IMG/VR virus record: IMGVR_UViG_3300026138_000005
Location: 1-48,076 of that record
Direction: 5' to 3' (one strand)
Source of the DNA: a virus
Taxonomy: Duplodnaviria > Caudoviricetes
Length of the DNA: 48,076 nucleotides
Part shown: piece by piece, positions 48,026 to 48,076 of the stretch
Layout: every line of letters starts with the position of its first letter
How positions within the stretch are numbered: position 1 is the stretch's first letter
Position numbers and translations under genes: made by a program
Notes under the pieces: model-generated
Told to the model about the DNA's origin: nothing
The model's input: only the letters and a program-made list of their open reading frames with translations
Databases searched by the model: none

Positions 48026-48057
48026 CAAAGGTATGCCGGATAACTCGTAATGTCAAA
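48026..48057 (-). promoter_or_regulatory. Bacteroidota housekeeping-sigma promoter (-33/-7)
   Basis: Minus strand TTTG-acattacgagttatccggca(20)-TACCTTTG, an exact match to the TTTG / TAnnTTTG consensus. Confidence 0.8.
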
Positions 48058-48076
48058 TTTTCCGACACATATTTTT

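Noticed and set aside
1-48076. Stop-codon reassignment (as in some crAss-like phages) and tRNA/rRNA genes
   Set aside because: Genes tile densely under the standard code, including a 12-kb ORF ending in TAG, and no cloverleaf or rRNA-like sequence was seen in the short intergenic gaps.

Overview
A near-contiguous segment of a tailed dsDNA phage genome, probably infecting a Bacteroidota (Flavobacteria-like) host. The host call rests on a TTTG-N20-TACCTTTG promoter, AT-rich translation starts without Shine-Dalgarno sequences, and Gln at +1 of two signal peptides. The plus strand (1-35.3 kb) is structural. It carries an HK97-type portal (5'-truncated, with an extra C-terminal domain), prohead protease, major capsid and two siphovirus-type neck genes. 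These are followed by two mosaic fibre genes, five tiny Lys/Arg-rich genes, holin-like genes, a crAss-like short-tail module (three ring-like proteins and a muzzle/stabilisation protein) and three ejected-cargo candidates, including a 4047-aa polyvalent protein. The minus strand (35.3-48 kb) carries a putative cell-wall enzyme, SSB, T7 endonuclease I-like nuclease, primase-helicase, initiator-like protein, YqaJ exonuclease with an annealase candidate, a tyrosine recombinase and many unknown ORFs. Most notable: (1) an HK97 head and neck paired with a crAss-like short tail, with no tail tube or tape measure (natural hybrid or misassembly); (2) a DNA-level conserved CGAGTCCGAGTG core at fibre module boundaries, suggesting module shuffling; (3) a thrice-repeated TTATGTAKAT-N15-TATATTA putative late promoter; (4) the basic micro-gene cluster. 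All family assignments come from motif recognition by eye; no searches were run.
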